In this document: in pieces, positions 30,078 through 38,163 of the stretch | Layout of the letters: the number at the start of each line of letters is the position of its first letter | Numbering within the stretch: position 1 is the first letter of the stretch | Assembly (NCBI GenBank): GCA_964443975.1 | Contig: CAYUFS010000015.1 | Span: forward strand, 11,711-75,710 | Reading direction: 5' to 3' | From: an uncultured Myxococcales bacterium | GTDB lineage: Bacteria > Myxococcota_A > Polyangia > Fen-1088 | DNA: 64,000 nucleotides | The notes under the pieces: model-generated | Told to the model about the DNA's origin: nothing | The model's input: only the letters and a program-made list of their open reading frames with translations | The model's database searches: none | Program-made: the position numbers and the translations under genes

Positions 30078-31909
30078 CGGTCATCCTTCCTGGTCACGAA
30101 GGTTGTGTGAGTCACGGACGTGAGGACGAGATCCTTCACGTGGCCTCCCCCTTGCGAAAAGGAGGCGCCCCAGTCCTTGGACACGCACTTGTCGGCGTCC
30201 TCCACGGGCCTCGCCTGGGCGAAGCTGAAGAAGTGCTCCGCCATGCAAGCCTCCAGCAGCTTGCTCTGCGAGAGCATGTCGGCCAGCTGGGCGGGCCCTT
30301 CGAACGGGCCGTCGACGTTCGAGCCATCCGCTGCCGCGGTGCTGGTCAGCTGACCGGTGGAATCGACCACCTGACCGTTCTCCATCGTCCGGAAGCGCCC
30401 GATGCCGTCCATCTGTTCGAATCCGAATCCGATCGGGTCGAACGAATTGTGGCAGGCAGCGCAAGACACGTCATCGAGGTGGATCTTCTCCAGCTTCTGC
30501 CGCGTCGTGGTCGTGGCGTCGTTGGAATCCAGCGGGTTGTTGTTGGCGATGCGACTGACCACGTCCGGTGGCGGAGCGGGGATGTACTGACAGAGCAGCT
30601 GCCGTCGCACGAGGAGACCACGTTCGACCGGCCCGGAGTGATTGGCCCCCGAATGGACGGTCAAGACCGCCGGCAACGACAGGATGCCCTTCCGGTGTTT
30701 CGGATCGAGGCCCGACTGGAGCAGGTCGGCGCCGTAAATCGACGCGAGCGCCGTGGGGACGTTCGTGCTGGTTCCCGTCATGAAGGAGGAGACGGTTCCG
30801 TCACCGCCATTGAGCTGGGTCTTTACGAACTGGTCGAACTCCTGCTGCATCGCGGTCAGGATGGTCGGCGTCAGCGTGGGGAACACGCTGGTGTCCTTCA
30901 GCGTGTCGGCGAGCGGGGTCATGTCCATCCAGCCGCCGATGAACCGCGCCAGCGTATCCTGGGCGGGGGCCGTCGCGAGCAGGCGTTGTGCCTGGGTCAA
31001 GATGTCGTTCGGGTTCGTGAAGCCCGTCGCCTGGGCGGCCGCCAGGAGGGTGTCGTCGGGGCGGCCTCCCGTCAGCAGCAGCGACAGCTGGGAGGCGATC
31101 TCGTACTGGGTCAACGCGATGGGCTTTCCCGGGTTCGCCGGAGCCGCCGGGTCGCCGAGCTCGCTGACGTACAAGGTGTTCGGAGACTGCAGCACCAGCT
31201 CGACGACCAGGCGCACCGAGGTGGCGTAGTCCTGGCCCATGTTCGCCACGGTGCTGATGCGGGTGAATTCGTCGTCGGCGAGCGGCCGGCCGTACGCCTT
31301 GCTGGCGAAGGAGCGAATGAAGGTCTGCAGGCACGTCGCCGAGCCGGCCGCCGTGGCGCAGGGAGCGAGGGTCGTAGGATTGGCCTGGCTGGCGAGGCTG
31401 GCGGCGAGATCGGAGGTGTCCTCCTGCATCGACGACAGCGACCAGGGGGCCTGGTTTCCTTGATTGTCGAAGCCGGTCACGAGGTTGTCCGCCGGGAGGG
31501 CGGTGGTGACCGCCGTGCGGGCCGTCGGTCCAAGGAGGTTGGCGACGACGTTCGTGTATTCCCGGATGGTCAAGGGCCTGAGACGGCGGCTGGTGAGACC
31601 GTCGCACGCGGCCACCGTGCCGGTGCCCGCGCCCGCGCCCGTGACGCCACCGCTGGCGCCGCCGCCGATGGTGAGACCGGCGCCGCCGCCGCCGCTATTC
31701 GCGCCGCCTGAGCCGCTCCCCCCGATCTTGGCACCTCCCGTGCCCCCCGAACCTGTCGTGGAGGTGTTACCCCCGGACGAGGTGGCGCCCGACCCAGCGC
31801 CGCTACCCGTGCCGGCCGCAGGCCCGCCCACGGTGCCCGTGCATCCCCCGAGCAGCAGCCCGAAGAGCGTGAAACCACGGAGCAAAGTACCTGTCGGGAG
31901 TGGTCTCAT
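30074..31909 (-). CDS. DUF1592/DUF1588-type PSD/PSCyt lipoprotein, pair 3
   Basis: MRPLPTGTLLRGFTLFGLLLGGC follows GAGGT. A GSG linker precedes RPLTIREYTNVVANLLGP and a C-terminal CAACHNSFDPIGFGFEQMDGIGRFRT block. The track ORF is 5' over-extended. Confidence 0.85.
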   Translation of the reverse strand: MRPLPTGTLLRGFTLFGLLLGGCTGTVGGPAAGTGSGAGSGATSSGGNTSTTGSGGTGGAKIGGSGSGGANSGGGGAGLTIGGGASGGVTGAGAGTGTVAACDGLTSRRLRPLTIREYTNVVANLLGPTARTAVTTALPADNLVTGFDNQGNQAPWSLSSMQEDTSDLAASLASQANPTTLAPCATAAGSATCLQTFIRSFASKAYGRPLADDEFTRISTVANMGQDYATSVRLVVELVLQSPNTLYVSELGDPAAPANPGKPIALTQYEIASQLSLLLTGGRPDDTLLAAAQATGFTNPNDILTQAQRLLATAPAQDTLARFIGGWMDMTPLADTLKDTSVFPTLTPTILTAMQQEFDQFVKTQLNGGDGTVSSFMTGTSTNVPTALASIYGADLLQSGLDPKHRKGILSLPAVLTVHSGANHSGPVERGLLVRRQLLCQYIPAPPPDVVSRIANNNPLDSNDATTTTRQKLEKIHLDDVSCAACHNSFDPIGFGFEQMDGIGRFRTMENGQVVDSTGQLTSTAAADGSNVDGPFEGPAQLADMLSQSKLLEACMAEHFFSFAQARPVEDADKCVSKDWGASFSQGGGHVKDLVLTSVTHTTFVTRKDDR

Positions 31910-32322
31910 TTGGTAACCTCGGCCCCAGGGGGAGCGTGGTGAGGGTTGTGACCGCCGTAACATTGGTCGCCACCAAATGGGGCCTGGGTCACGATTTCGG
32001 ATGCTAACGGTATTCGCGTGAATCTCTTTTCTCCGGAAGCTGCGCCGCGACGGGGGCGGGCCGCGTAACATCCTTGATTTGCTGGCTATTTATGCAGCGG
32101 GCGAACGGACGAGGGTGCGATGGAGGAGAAAGACCGACAGACGGCGTCGCAATCGACCTGGGAGAGCGGCGGTCGGCAGGCGGGTGCCAAGGGAGGGAGG
32201 GGCGGACAGGGGGACGCGACTTGTGGCGGGCGGGCCTCGCGGCTAAGGTCTCGGCTCGTTTCGGTCCGCTGATTCGTCTCGTCGTACCGAGATTCCTTCC
32301 CTCCTCGCTCCCAGGAGATCGC

Positions 32323-33642
32323 ATGGCCGGTGGAACCGCCCCCGTATCCAGGAACCCGTATGCCGCTCCGGCGACCGACGGCAAGAGCTATCTGGCGCCG
32401 CTGGCGGTGCTCACGAGCTTGTTCTTCATGTGGGGGTTCCTGACCTGCCTGAACGACATCATCATCCCGCACCTGAAGGCAGTCTTCGAGCTCAACTACG
32501 CGAAGGCGATGTTGATCCAGTTCGCGTTCTTCACCGCCTACTTCGTCGTGTCGCTGCCGGCCGGCGCGATCGTGAACAAGATCGGATACAAGAACGGCAT
32601 CATCATCGGCCTCGTGACTGCGGGGCTCGGTTGCCTCAGCTTTTATCCCGCCGCCGGAGCCCGGTCCTACGGCATGTTCCTGTTCGCGTTGTTCGTCCTG
32701 GCAGCGGGGATCACCGTGCTCCAGGTGGCGGCGAACCCGTTCGTGGCGGTGCTCGGAAAGCCCGAGACTGCGTCGAGTCGGTTGACGCTCACGCAGGCGA
32801 TCAACTCGCTGGGGACGACCATCGCGCCTCTCTTCGGGTCGTTCATCATCCTCTCGAACGTGGTCAAGACGCCCGCCGAGCTGAAGGGGCTCGCGCCCGC
32901 CGCGGTGGAGGCGTATCGCCAGACGGAGGCGGCTTCGGTTCAGGTTCCCTACGTCGGGCTGGCGGTAGCGTTGGTCGTGCTGGCCATCGCCATCGGGCTG
33001 TTCAAGCTGCCGAAGATAGACGCGTCGTCGGGCGGGGGTGAAGAGGCCGGCGGTGGGCACGAGGGCGCCAGCGCCTGGAGCTACCGGCCGCTGCTGCTGG
33101 GCGCGGTCGGAATCTTCGTCTACGTGGGCGCGGAGGTGGCGATCGGCAGCTTCCTGGTCAACTACTTCAAGGAGCCGAACATCGGGGGCCTCACGGAGGC
33201 CGAGGGTGCCCGCTACGTGTCGTTCTACTGGGGCGGCGCGATGGTCGGCCGATTCATCGGCAGCGTCACCTTGCGCATCTTCCGGCCGGGTAAGTTGCTC
33301 GCGGCGCACGCCCTGGTGGCGGCAGTCCTGGTGGTGACGACGATGCTCGCGTCGGGGCACGTGGCGATGTGGTCGATCATCGCGGTCGGCTTCTTCAATT
33401 CAATCATGTTCCCGACGATCTTCACGCTGGCCATCGATGGTCTCGGCAAGCACACCGGGCAAGGTTCCGGCATCCTGTGCATGGCCATCGTCGGCGGCGC
33501 GCTGATCCCCGTCGTTCAAGGGGCCCTGGCTGACACCGTTGGCATCCACCACTGCTTCATCATCCCCACGGTCTGCTACCTGTACATCGCATGGTACGCG
33601 GCGAAGTGGCGGCCACCGGTCCGGGCGACTTCGACGACGTAG
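32323..33642 (+). CDS. MFS transporter, L-fucose:H+ symporter (FucP/GluP) family
   Basis: 12-TM MFS with FucP-like N-terminal blocks (FFMWGFLTCLNDIIIPHLK). The start is the internal ATG MAGGTAPV; the track begins at a TTG far upstream. Confidence 0.8.
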   Translation: MAGGTAPVSRNPYAAPATDGKSYLAPLAVLTSLFFMWGFLTCLNDIIIPHLKAVFELNYAKAMLIQFAFFTAYFVVSLPAGAIVNKIGYKNGIIIGLVTAGLGCLSFYPAAGARSYGMFLFALFVLAAGITVLQVAANPFVAVLGKPETASSRLTLTQAINSLGTTIAPLFGSFIILSNVVKTPAELKGLAPAAVEAYRQTEAASVQVPYVGLAVALVVLAIAIGLFKLPKIDASSGGGEEAGGGHEGASAWSYRPLLLGAVGIFVYVGAEVAIGSFLVNYFKEPNIGGLTEAEGARYVSFYWGGAMVGRFIGSVTLRIFRPGKLLAAHALVAAVLVVTTMLASGHVAMWSIIAVGFFNSIMFPTIFTLAIDGLGKHTGQGSGILCMAIVGGALIPVVQGALADTVGIHHCFIIPTVCYLYIAWYAAKWRPPVRATSTT

Positions 33643-33666
33643 CGCCCCCGTCCTTCGTGGGGGTGG

Positions 33667-34200
33667 TCAGTTGTCGGGCGAGCCGCAGACGAGCCAGGCG
33701 AAGATCAGCTGGCGATCGATCTCGGGCAACGGCGCAGGTGCGTCGGCCGGGGGCATCGAGCAATCCTCGAGGTCGGAGATGATGAGCGACTTCCATGCGA
33801 AGACGTCCGCATACTCGTGCAGGGGCCAGAGCTCTCCAGGCAGCGCAGGATCGTGGCAGGTGTTGCAGGCGCGATCGAGGATGGGCAGAACATCGGCGGA
33901 GAAGCTTGGCGCAGGGCTGGGGCAGATGAGCGTCGCGGGCGGAGGGCAACCGACTGCGTTGGCGCTCGGATCGACGCTCGATCCGGCTGCCCCGCCCGCG
34001 GCCGCGCCACCTGCGCCGCCCGCGCCGCCCGGCCCACCGGCTCCGCTCACCGGCAGGGTGCTCGAGTTGACGCCGTTGTCGCAGCCGCCCGCCCCTATGG
34101 CGACCGCGAGCGACAGCAACGCGAGGAATGACCGGCCAGCCACCGCCGAACTATAGCAGCGCACGACGGGGCTCGGAGGGTGCGCCGGGTCACGCCCCAC
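33667..34200 (-). CDS. Small lipoprotein with PSCyt1-like mono-heme cytochrome c motif
   Basis: Signal and lipobox (AIGAGGC). FSADVLPILDRACNTCHD carries a CxxCH and parallels the C-domain of the 21799-22647 gene. It overlaps the murI 3' end by 11 nt, so an alternative start is possible. Confidence 0.5.
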   Translation of the reverse strand: MGRDPAHPPSPVVRCYSSAVAGRSFLALLSLAVAIGAGGCDNGVNSSTLPVSGAGGPGGAGGAGGAAAGGAAGSSVDPSANAVGCPPPATLICPSPAPSFSADVLPILDRACNTCHDPALPGELWPLHEYADVFAWKSLIISDLEDCSMPPADAPAPLPEIDRQLIFAWLVCGSPDN

Positions 34201-35095
34201 TCGTCTCCATGAACGGGTGCAGGCGAACCTTCTCGACGTCGATCTTCCCGCCAGCAGACCCAGGCGTGGGCGTCAGGATCGCCGCGCCACGGGCGGCAAA
34301 CCACACAGGATCGTCGGTGGTCGCGTAGCGCCTGAGTTGCCCACGCGAGAGGCGCCTCTCCATCGAAGGGTGCCGGTCCAACCAGTCGGCGAGACCGCGC
34401 GCGACGATCTCGCCCTGATTCAGGATCCGCACCTCCCGAGGAAGAGCGGCGCGGATCGCCGGCAGCAGCAAGGGGTAGTGCGTGCAGGCGAGCGCCAGGG
34501 ACGTCGGAGGCGAATCCGCAAGGTCCCCGGCCGTGAACAGCGGGTCGAGATACTTGTGAACGAAAAAATCCGTGCCTGCGCCCGCCAGCTCGCCGGCTTC
34601 GACGAGCGGCACCCACAACGGACAGGCGCGTTCGATCAGGCGCAGGCGCGGCGCCAGCTTCCCGAGCTCGATCCGGAACGAGCCGGACTCGATCGTTCCG
34701 GGCGTACCCAGGACCGCCACGGTGCCCTCGATCGCTGACGGGGGCGTGTGGCCGGGCAGCGCGCCTGGCGGAAGCTCGGCCAGGGCCTCGACGGTCGGCC
34801 GCACCACGCCGAGCACGCGGCGGTCGGGATGGAATCGCGGCAGGTGCCTGGTCTGCAGCGTGCGCAGCGCCCGCGCGGACGCGGTGTTGCAGGCGAGGAT
34901 GACCAGCGGGCAACCCGCCGCGAACAAGAACTCCACCGCCTCGCGGGTGAACTCGTAGACGGCGTCGGCGCTGCGCGTGCCGTACGGACAGCGCGCGCTG
35001 TCGCCCAGGTAGAGGTAGTCGTACTGCGGCAGCCGGCGGGTCAGCTCGCCCAGCACCGTGAGGCCACCGAAGCCAGAATCGAAGACGCCGATCAC
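34190..35095 (-). CDS. murI: Glutamate racemase
   Basis: [17 protein letters not shown] and CTHYP motifs. 301 aa. Confidence 0.85.
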   Translation of the reverse strand: MIGVFDSGFGGLTVLGELTRRLPQYDYLYLGDSARCPYGTRSADAVYEFTREAVEFLFAAGCPLVILACNTASARALRTLQTRHLPRFHPDRRVLGVVRPTVEALAELPPGALPGHTPPSAIEGTVAVLGTPGTIESGSFRIELGKLAPRLRLIERACPLWVPLVEAGELAGAGTDFFVHKYLDPLFTAGDLADSPPTSLALACTHYPLLLPAIRAALPREVRILNQGEIVARGLADWLDRHPSMERRLSRGQLRRYATTDDPVWFAARGAAILTPTPGSAGGKIDVEKVRLHPFMETSGA

Positions 35096-35198
35096 CTCGT
35101 CACTCTACCAGCCCACGCCCTGCCACGGGCCGGCGGCGGTCAGGCCGAGGCCCGGCTTGCCAATGCGGGGCGCATGGGCAATGTTTCCGCCCGACATC

Positions 35199-36854
35199 AT
35201 GCGCAGCGATTCCATCAAGAAGGGCATCAATCGCGCGCCCGCGCGCGCGATGCTGAAGGCCACGGGACTGAACGACGCCGACCTCGACAAGCCGCTCGTG
35301 GCCGTCGCCAACACGTGGAGCGACGTCACGCCGTGCAACATGCACCTGCGGACACTCGGCGACAAGGTGAAGGAGGGAATCCGCGCCGCGGGCGGCACCC
35401 CGGTGGAGTTCAACACCATCGTGGTGTCCGACGGGATCTCGATGGGCACCGAGGGCATGCGCGCCTCGCTCGTGTCGCGCGAGGTGATCGCGGATTCGAT
35501 CGAGCTGGCGGTGCTCGGGGCCCTCTGCGACGGGGTCGTGGCCCTGTCCGGCTGCGACAAGACCATCCCGGGCACCGTGATGGCGCTGGCGCGCATGAAT
35601 CTGCCGTCGTTGATGCTGTACGGCGGTTCGATCATGCCGGGCCGGTTTCAGAACAAGGACGTCACCATCATGGACGTGTTCGAGGCGGTGGGCGCCTGCG
35701 CGGCCGGGCGCATGACGCAGGCGGATCTGCGCAGCCTGGAGGACGTCGCGTGTCCCGGGGCCGGGGCGTGCGGCGGCCAGTACACCGCGAACACGATGTC
35801 GATGGCCGTCGCGCTGCTCGGCCTGTCACCGATGGGGCTGAACGACATTCCGGCGCTGGATCCGCGCAAGGGCGACGCCGCCTTCCAGTGTGGCCAGCTG
35901 GTCATGAAGCTGCTGGCGGAAGATCTGCGCCCGAGCAAGCTGCTCACGCGGACGGCGTTCGAGAACGCCATCGCGGGCGTGGCGGCGAGCGCTGGCTCGA
36001 CGAACGCCGTGCTGCACCTGCTGGCGATCGCCCACGAGGCGGGCATCAAGCTCGGCATCGAAGACTTCGGCGCGATCGCCGAGAAGACCCCCATCATCGT
36101 CGACATGAAGCCGGGGGGACGTTTCGTGGCGTCGGATCTGGAGCGGGCGGGTGGGCAGCGGCTGATCGTGAAGCGGCTGTTCGAGATGGGCCACCTCGCG
36201 GACAGCCCCACGGTCAGTGGCAGGACGCTGAAGCAAGAGGGCGAGCTGGCGCGTGAGGCGCCCGGACAGGAGGTCGTGCGCCCGGCCGACAGGCCGCTCA
36301 GCCCGACGGGGGGGCTGGCCATCTTGAAGGGCTCGCTGGCGCCGGAAGGTTGCGTCGTGAAGCTGGCCGGCCACAAGCGCCGCCATCACAGCGGACCGGC
36401 GCGCGTCTACGACTCCGAGGAGCAGTGCTTCGCGGCCGTTCAGGCGCGCGAGGTGCAGCCGAACGACGTGGTGATCATTCGCTACGAGGGTCCCGTGGGG
36501 GGACCGGGCATGCGCGAGATGCTGGCCGTGACGGGCGCGCTCATCGGCCAGGGGCTGGGTGACAGCGTGGTGTTGTTGACGGACGGGCGCTTCTCCGGGG
36601 CGACGCACGGCTTCATGGGCGGGCACCTGGCGCCGGAGGCGGCGGTGGGCGGTCCCGTGGCGTTCGTGCGCGACGGCGACATCGTCACCTTGGACGTGGA
36701 CTCGGGCCGGATCGATGTCGCCGCGGACCTCGACGCGCGGCGCCCCGGCTGGAAGCCCCCGGCCCCGCGCTACCGCTACGGTGTGATGGCGAAGTATGCC
36801 GCTGGCGTGTCGTCCGCGTCGATCGGCGCAGTGACCACCCCCTCGAAGCTCTGA
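35199..36854 (+). CDS. ilvD: Dihydroxy-acid dehydratase
   Basis: The start [23 protein letters not shown] matches IlvD N-termini. CDKTIPG and GGSIMPG Fe-S/active-site motifs are present. Confidence 0.9.
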   Translation: MRSDSIKKGINRAPARAMLKATGLNDADLDKPLVAVANTWSDVTPCNMHLRTLGDKVKEGIRAAGGTPVEFNTIVVSDGISMGTEGMRASLVSREVIADSIELAVLGALCDGVVALSGCDKTIPGTVMALARMNLPSLMLYGGSIMPGRFQNKDVTIMDVFEAVGACAAGRMTQADLRSLEDVACPGAGACGGQYTANTMSMAVALLGLSPMGLNDIPALDPRKGDAAFQCGQLVMKLLAEDLRPSKLLTRTAFENAIAGVAASAGSTNAVLHLLAIAHEAGIKLGIEDFGAIAEKTPIIVDMKPGGRFVASDLERAGGQRLIVKRLFEMGHLADSPTVSGRTLKQEGELAREAPGQEVVRPADRPLSPTGGLAILKGSLAPEGCVVKLAGHKRRHHSGPARVYDSEEQCFAAVQAREVQPNDVVIIRYEGPVGGPGMREMLAVTGALIGQGLGDSVVLLTDGRFSGATHGFMGGHLAPEAAVGGPVAFVRDGDIVTLDVDSGRIDVAADLDARRPGWKPPAPRYRYGVMAKYAAGVSSASIGAVTTPSKL

Positions 36855-36870
36855 GGCTGGCTTTCGTCGC

Positions 36871-37551
36871 TCATCCACGAAGCGACGCCAATTCACGCAC
36901 CGTCCACATCACGCCGACGGCCGATGCCATCGTGCCTGCCAGCAGGCCGATCGCCGCGCGCACCCCCCGCTTCCGACCCAGGCGGGCGAGCGGCATCCCT
37001 GCGAGACCGGACAGGCCGGCCATGCCAGCCATCGAGCAGAGGCCGAATAGACCGACGTAGGCCAGCCGCAGTCCCGTCGAGGGCAGCCGTGCCGCGATCA
37101 TCGCCGTGAGCGCGCCGCTACCAGCGAGCCCGTGGACCAGACCGATCAGCAGCGATCGGCGGGCGAAGGTCGAGTGCGACTGGCGAAGATGGGGCTGTCC
37201 TGGTCCAGGAAACTGGATCGCGATCCTGTCGGGTCGACGTTCCAGGAAGACGCGGCCAATCGACCGGGCGCCGAGGCCCATCAACATCACGGCAACCGAG
37301 AGCTCGAACATGGTGCCGACCTTCGCGGGCAGGGTGGCTTGTGTCGCGGCCAGCATGCACGCGACCGCGAGGAGGCCAAGCGTATGCCCGAGTCCCCACG
37401 CCGCTCCCAGTCCAACGGCGGCGCCTGGATTCCGTTCCCCGGTCAGCACGGTGGACAACGCGGCGAGATGATCGGGCTCTAGCGCGTGACGCAACCCGAG
37501 CAGAGCCCCGAGCGACCACAACGAGAGGCCCCCGAATATCATCTCCGTCAT
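36871..37551 (-). CDS. NicO/HoxN-family (short form) nickel/cobalt transporter-like membrane protein
   Basis: 226 aa, about 6 TM. LGLRHALEPDHLAAL resembles the NiCoT signature RHAxDADHIAA. It is the last gene of the operon headed by the TonB-dependent receptor. Confidence 0.6.
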   Translation of the reverse strand: MTEMIFGGLSLWSLGALLGLRHALEPDHLAALSTVLTGERNPGAAVGLGAAWGLGHTLGLLAVACMLAATQATLPAKVGTMFELSVAVMLMGLGARSIGRVFLERRPDRIAIQFPGPGQPHLRQSHSTFARRSLLIGLVHGLAGSGALTAMIAARLPSTGLRLAYVGLFGLCSMAGMAGLSGLAGMPLARLGRKRGVRAAIGLLAGTMASAVGVMWTVRELASLRG

Positions 37552-38150
37552 GGCGACGCAGGAGCCTCGGTTCCAGCGTCCAGGCCTGCGTCACCGGGCG
37601 TGCCACCACCATCATCGGGACGGCGGACAAACGCACAGGTGGCGGAATCGTAGGTGGCGTTCGCGAAGTCACCGGGAAATATCCTGTCGACGATGAATTG
37701 CGCCGCGGCAGGGTCGAGCGGCTGGCCAGCCGCGCAATCGCCGCCGAAGGTGGCATCGGAGACGTCGATTGCCAGCAGGTCTCCCTTCCCTACCGACAGA
37801 GCTGCAACAGACCGCAACGCGATGAGCTGCGCCGGCGGCGTCATCGAATCAGGAAGCCATCCCGGCGCGATCAGCGCGTAGGCATAGTCGGTCGCGGGGA
37901 TCGTGCGCTCCACCTCGGAGGTCTCTCCCGGCGCGACCACGGTGCTGAACAGCGTGCTGGCCCACCAGGCCTTGTATACGACCGTGGCAGGCGTGCCCGG
38001 CTGAGCTGGAACTGGAAAGCCGTTCGACACCGTCGCGCGGGTGGGCGTGTCGTCGCAGGCCGACGCCGTCAGGGCCACCATCGCCCCCATGATGACCATC
38101 AGAGGGCCACCGCCTCGAAGCCCGACTGGGGTCCTCTTCACCTTGAGCAT
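37548..38150 (-). CDS. Lipoprotein of unknown function, co-transcribed with the nickel transporter
   Basis: Signal with lipobox (ALTASAC). It overlaps the NicO-like start by 4 nt and lies 14 nt after the receptor stop. Confidence 0.5.
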   Translation of the reverse strand: MLKVKRTPVGLRGGGPLMVIMGAMVALTASACDDTPTRATVSNGFPVPAQPGTPATVVYKAWWASTLFSTVVAPGETSEVERTIPATDYAYALIAPGWLPDSMTPPAQLIALRSVAALSVGKGDLLAIDVSDATFGGDCAAGQPLDPAAAQFIVDRIFPGDFANATYDSATCAFVRRPDDGGGTPGDAGLDAGTEAPASP

Positions 38151-38163
38151 CGTCGGCGTCCTT

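Noticed and set aside
30107-31711. 534-aa plus-strand ORF
   Set aside because: It is antisense to DUF1592 pair 3. No domains, Arg/Gly-rich.
36851-36880. Hairpin (CGTCGCT-N9-AGCGACG) between convergent ilvD and the NicO-like gene as a terminator
   Set aside because: The 7-bp stem has no T-tract and overlaps both stop codons. The evidence is too weak to list as a feature.
35826-36896. 356-aa minus-strand ORF
   Set aside because: It is antisense to ilvD, which is unambiguous.
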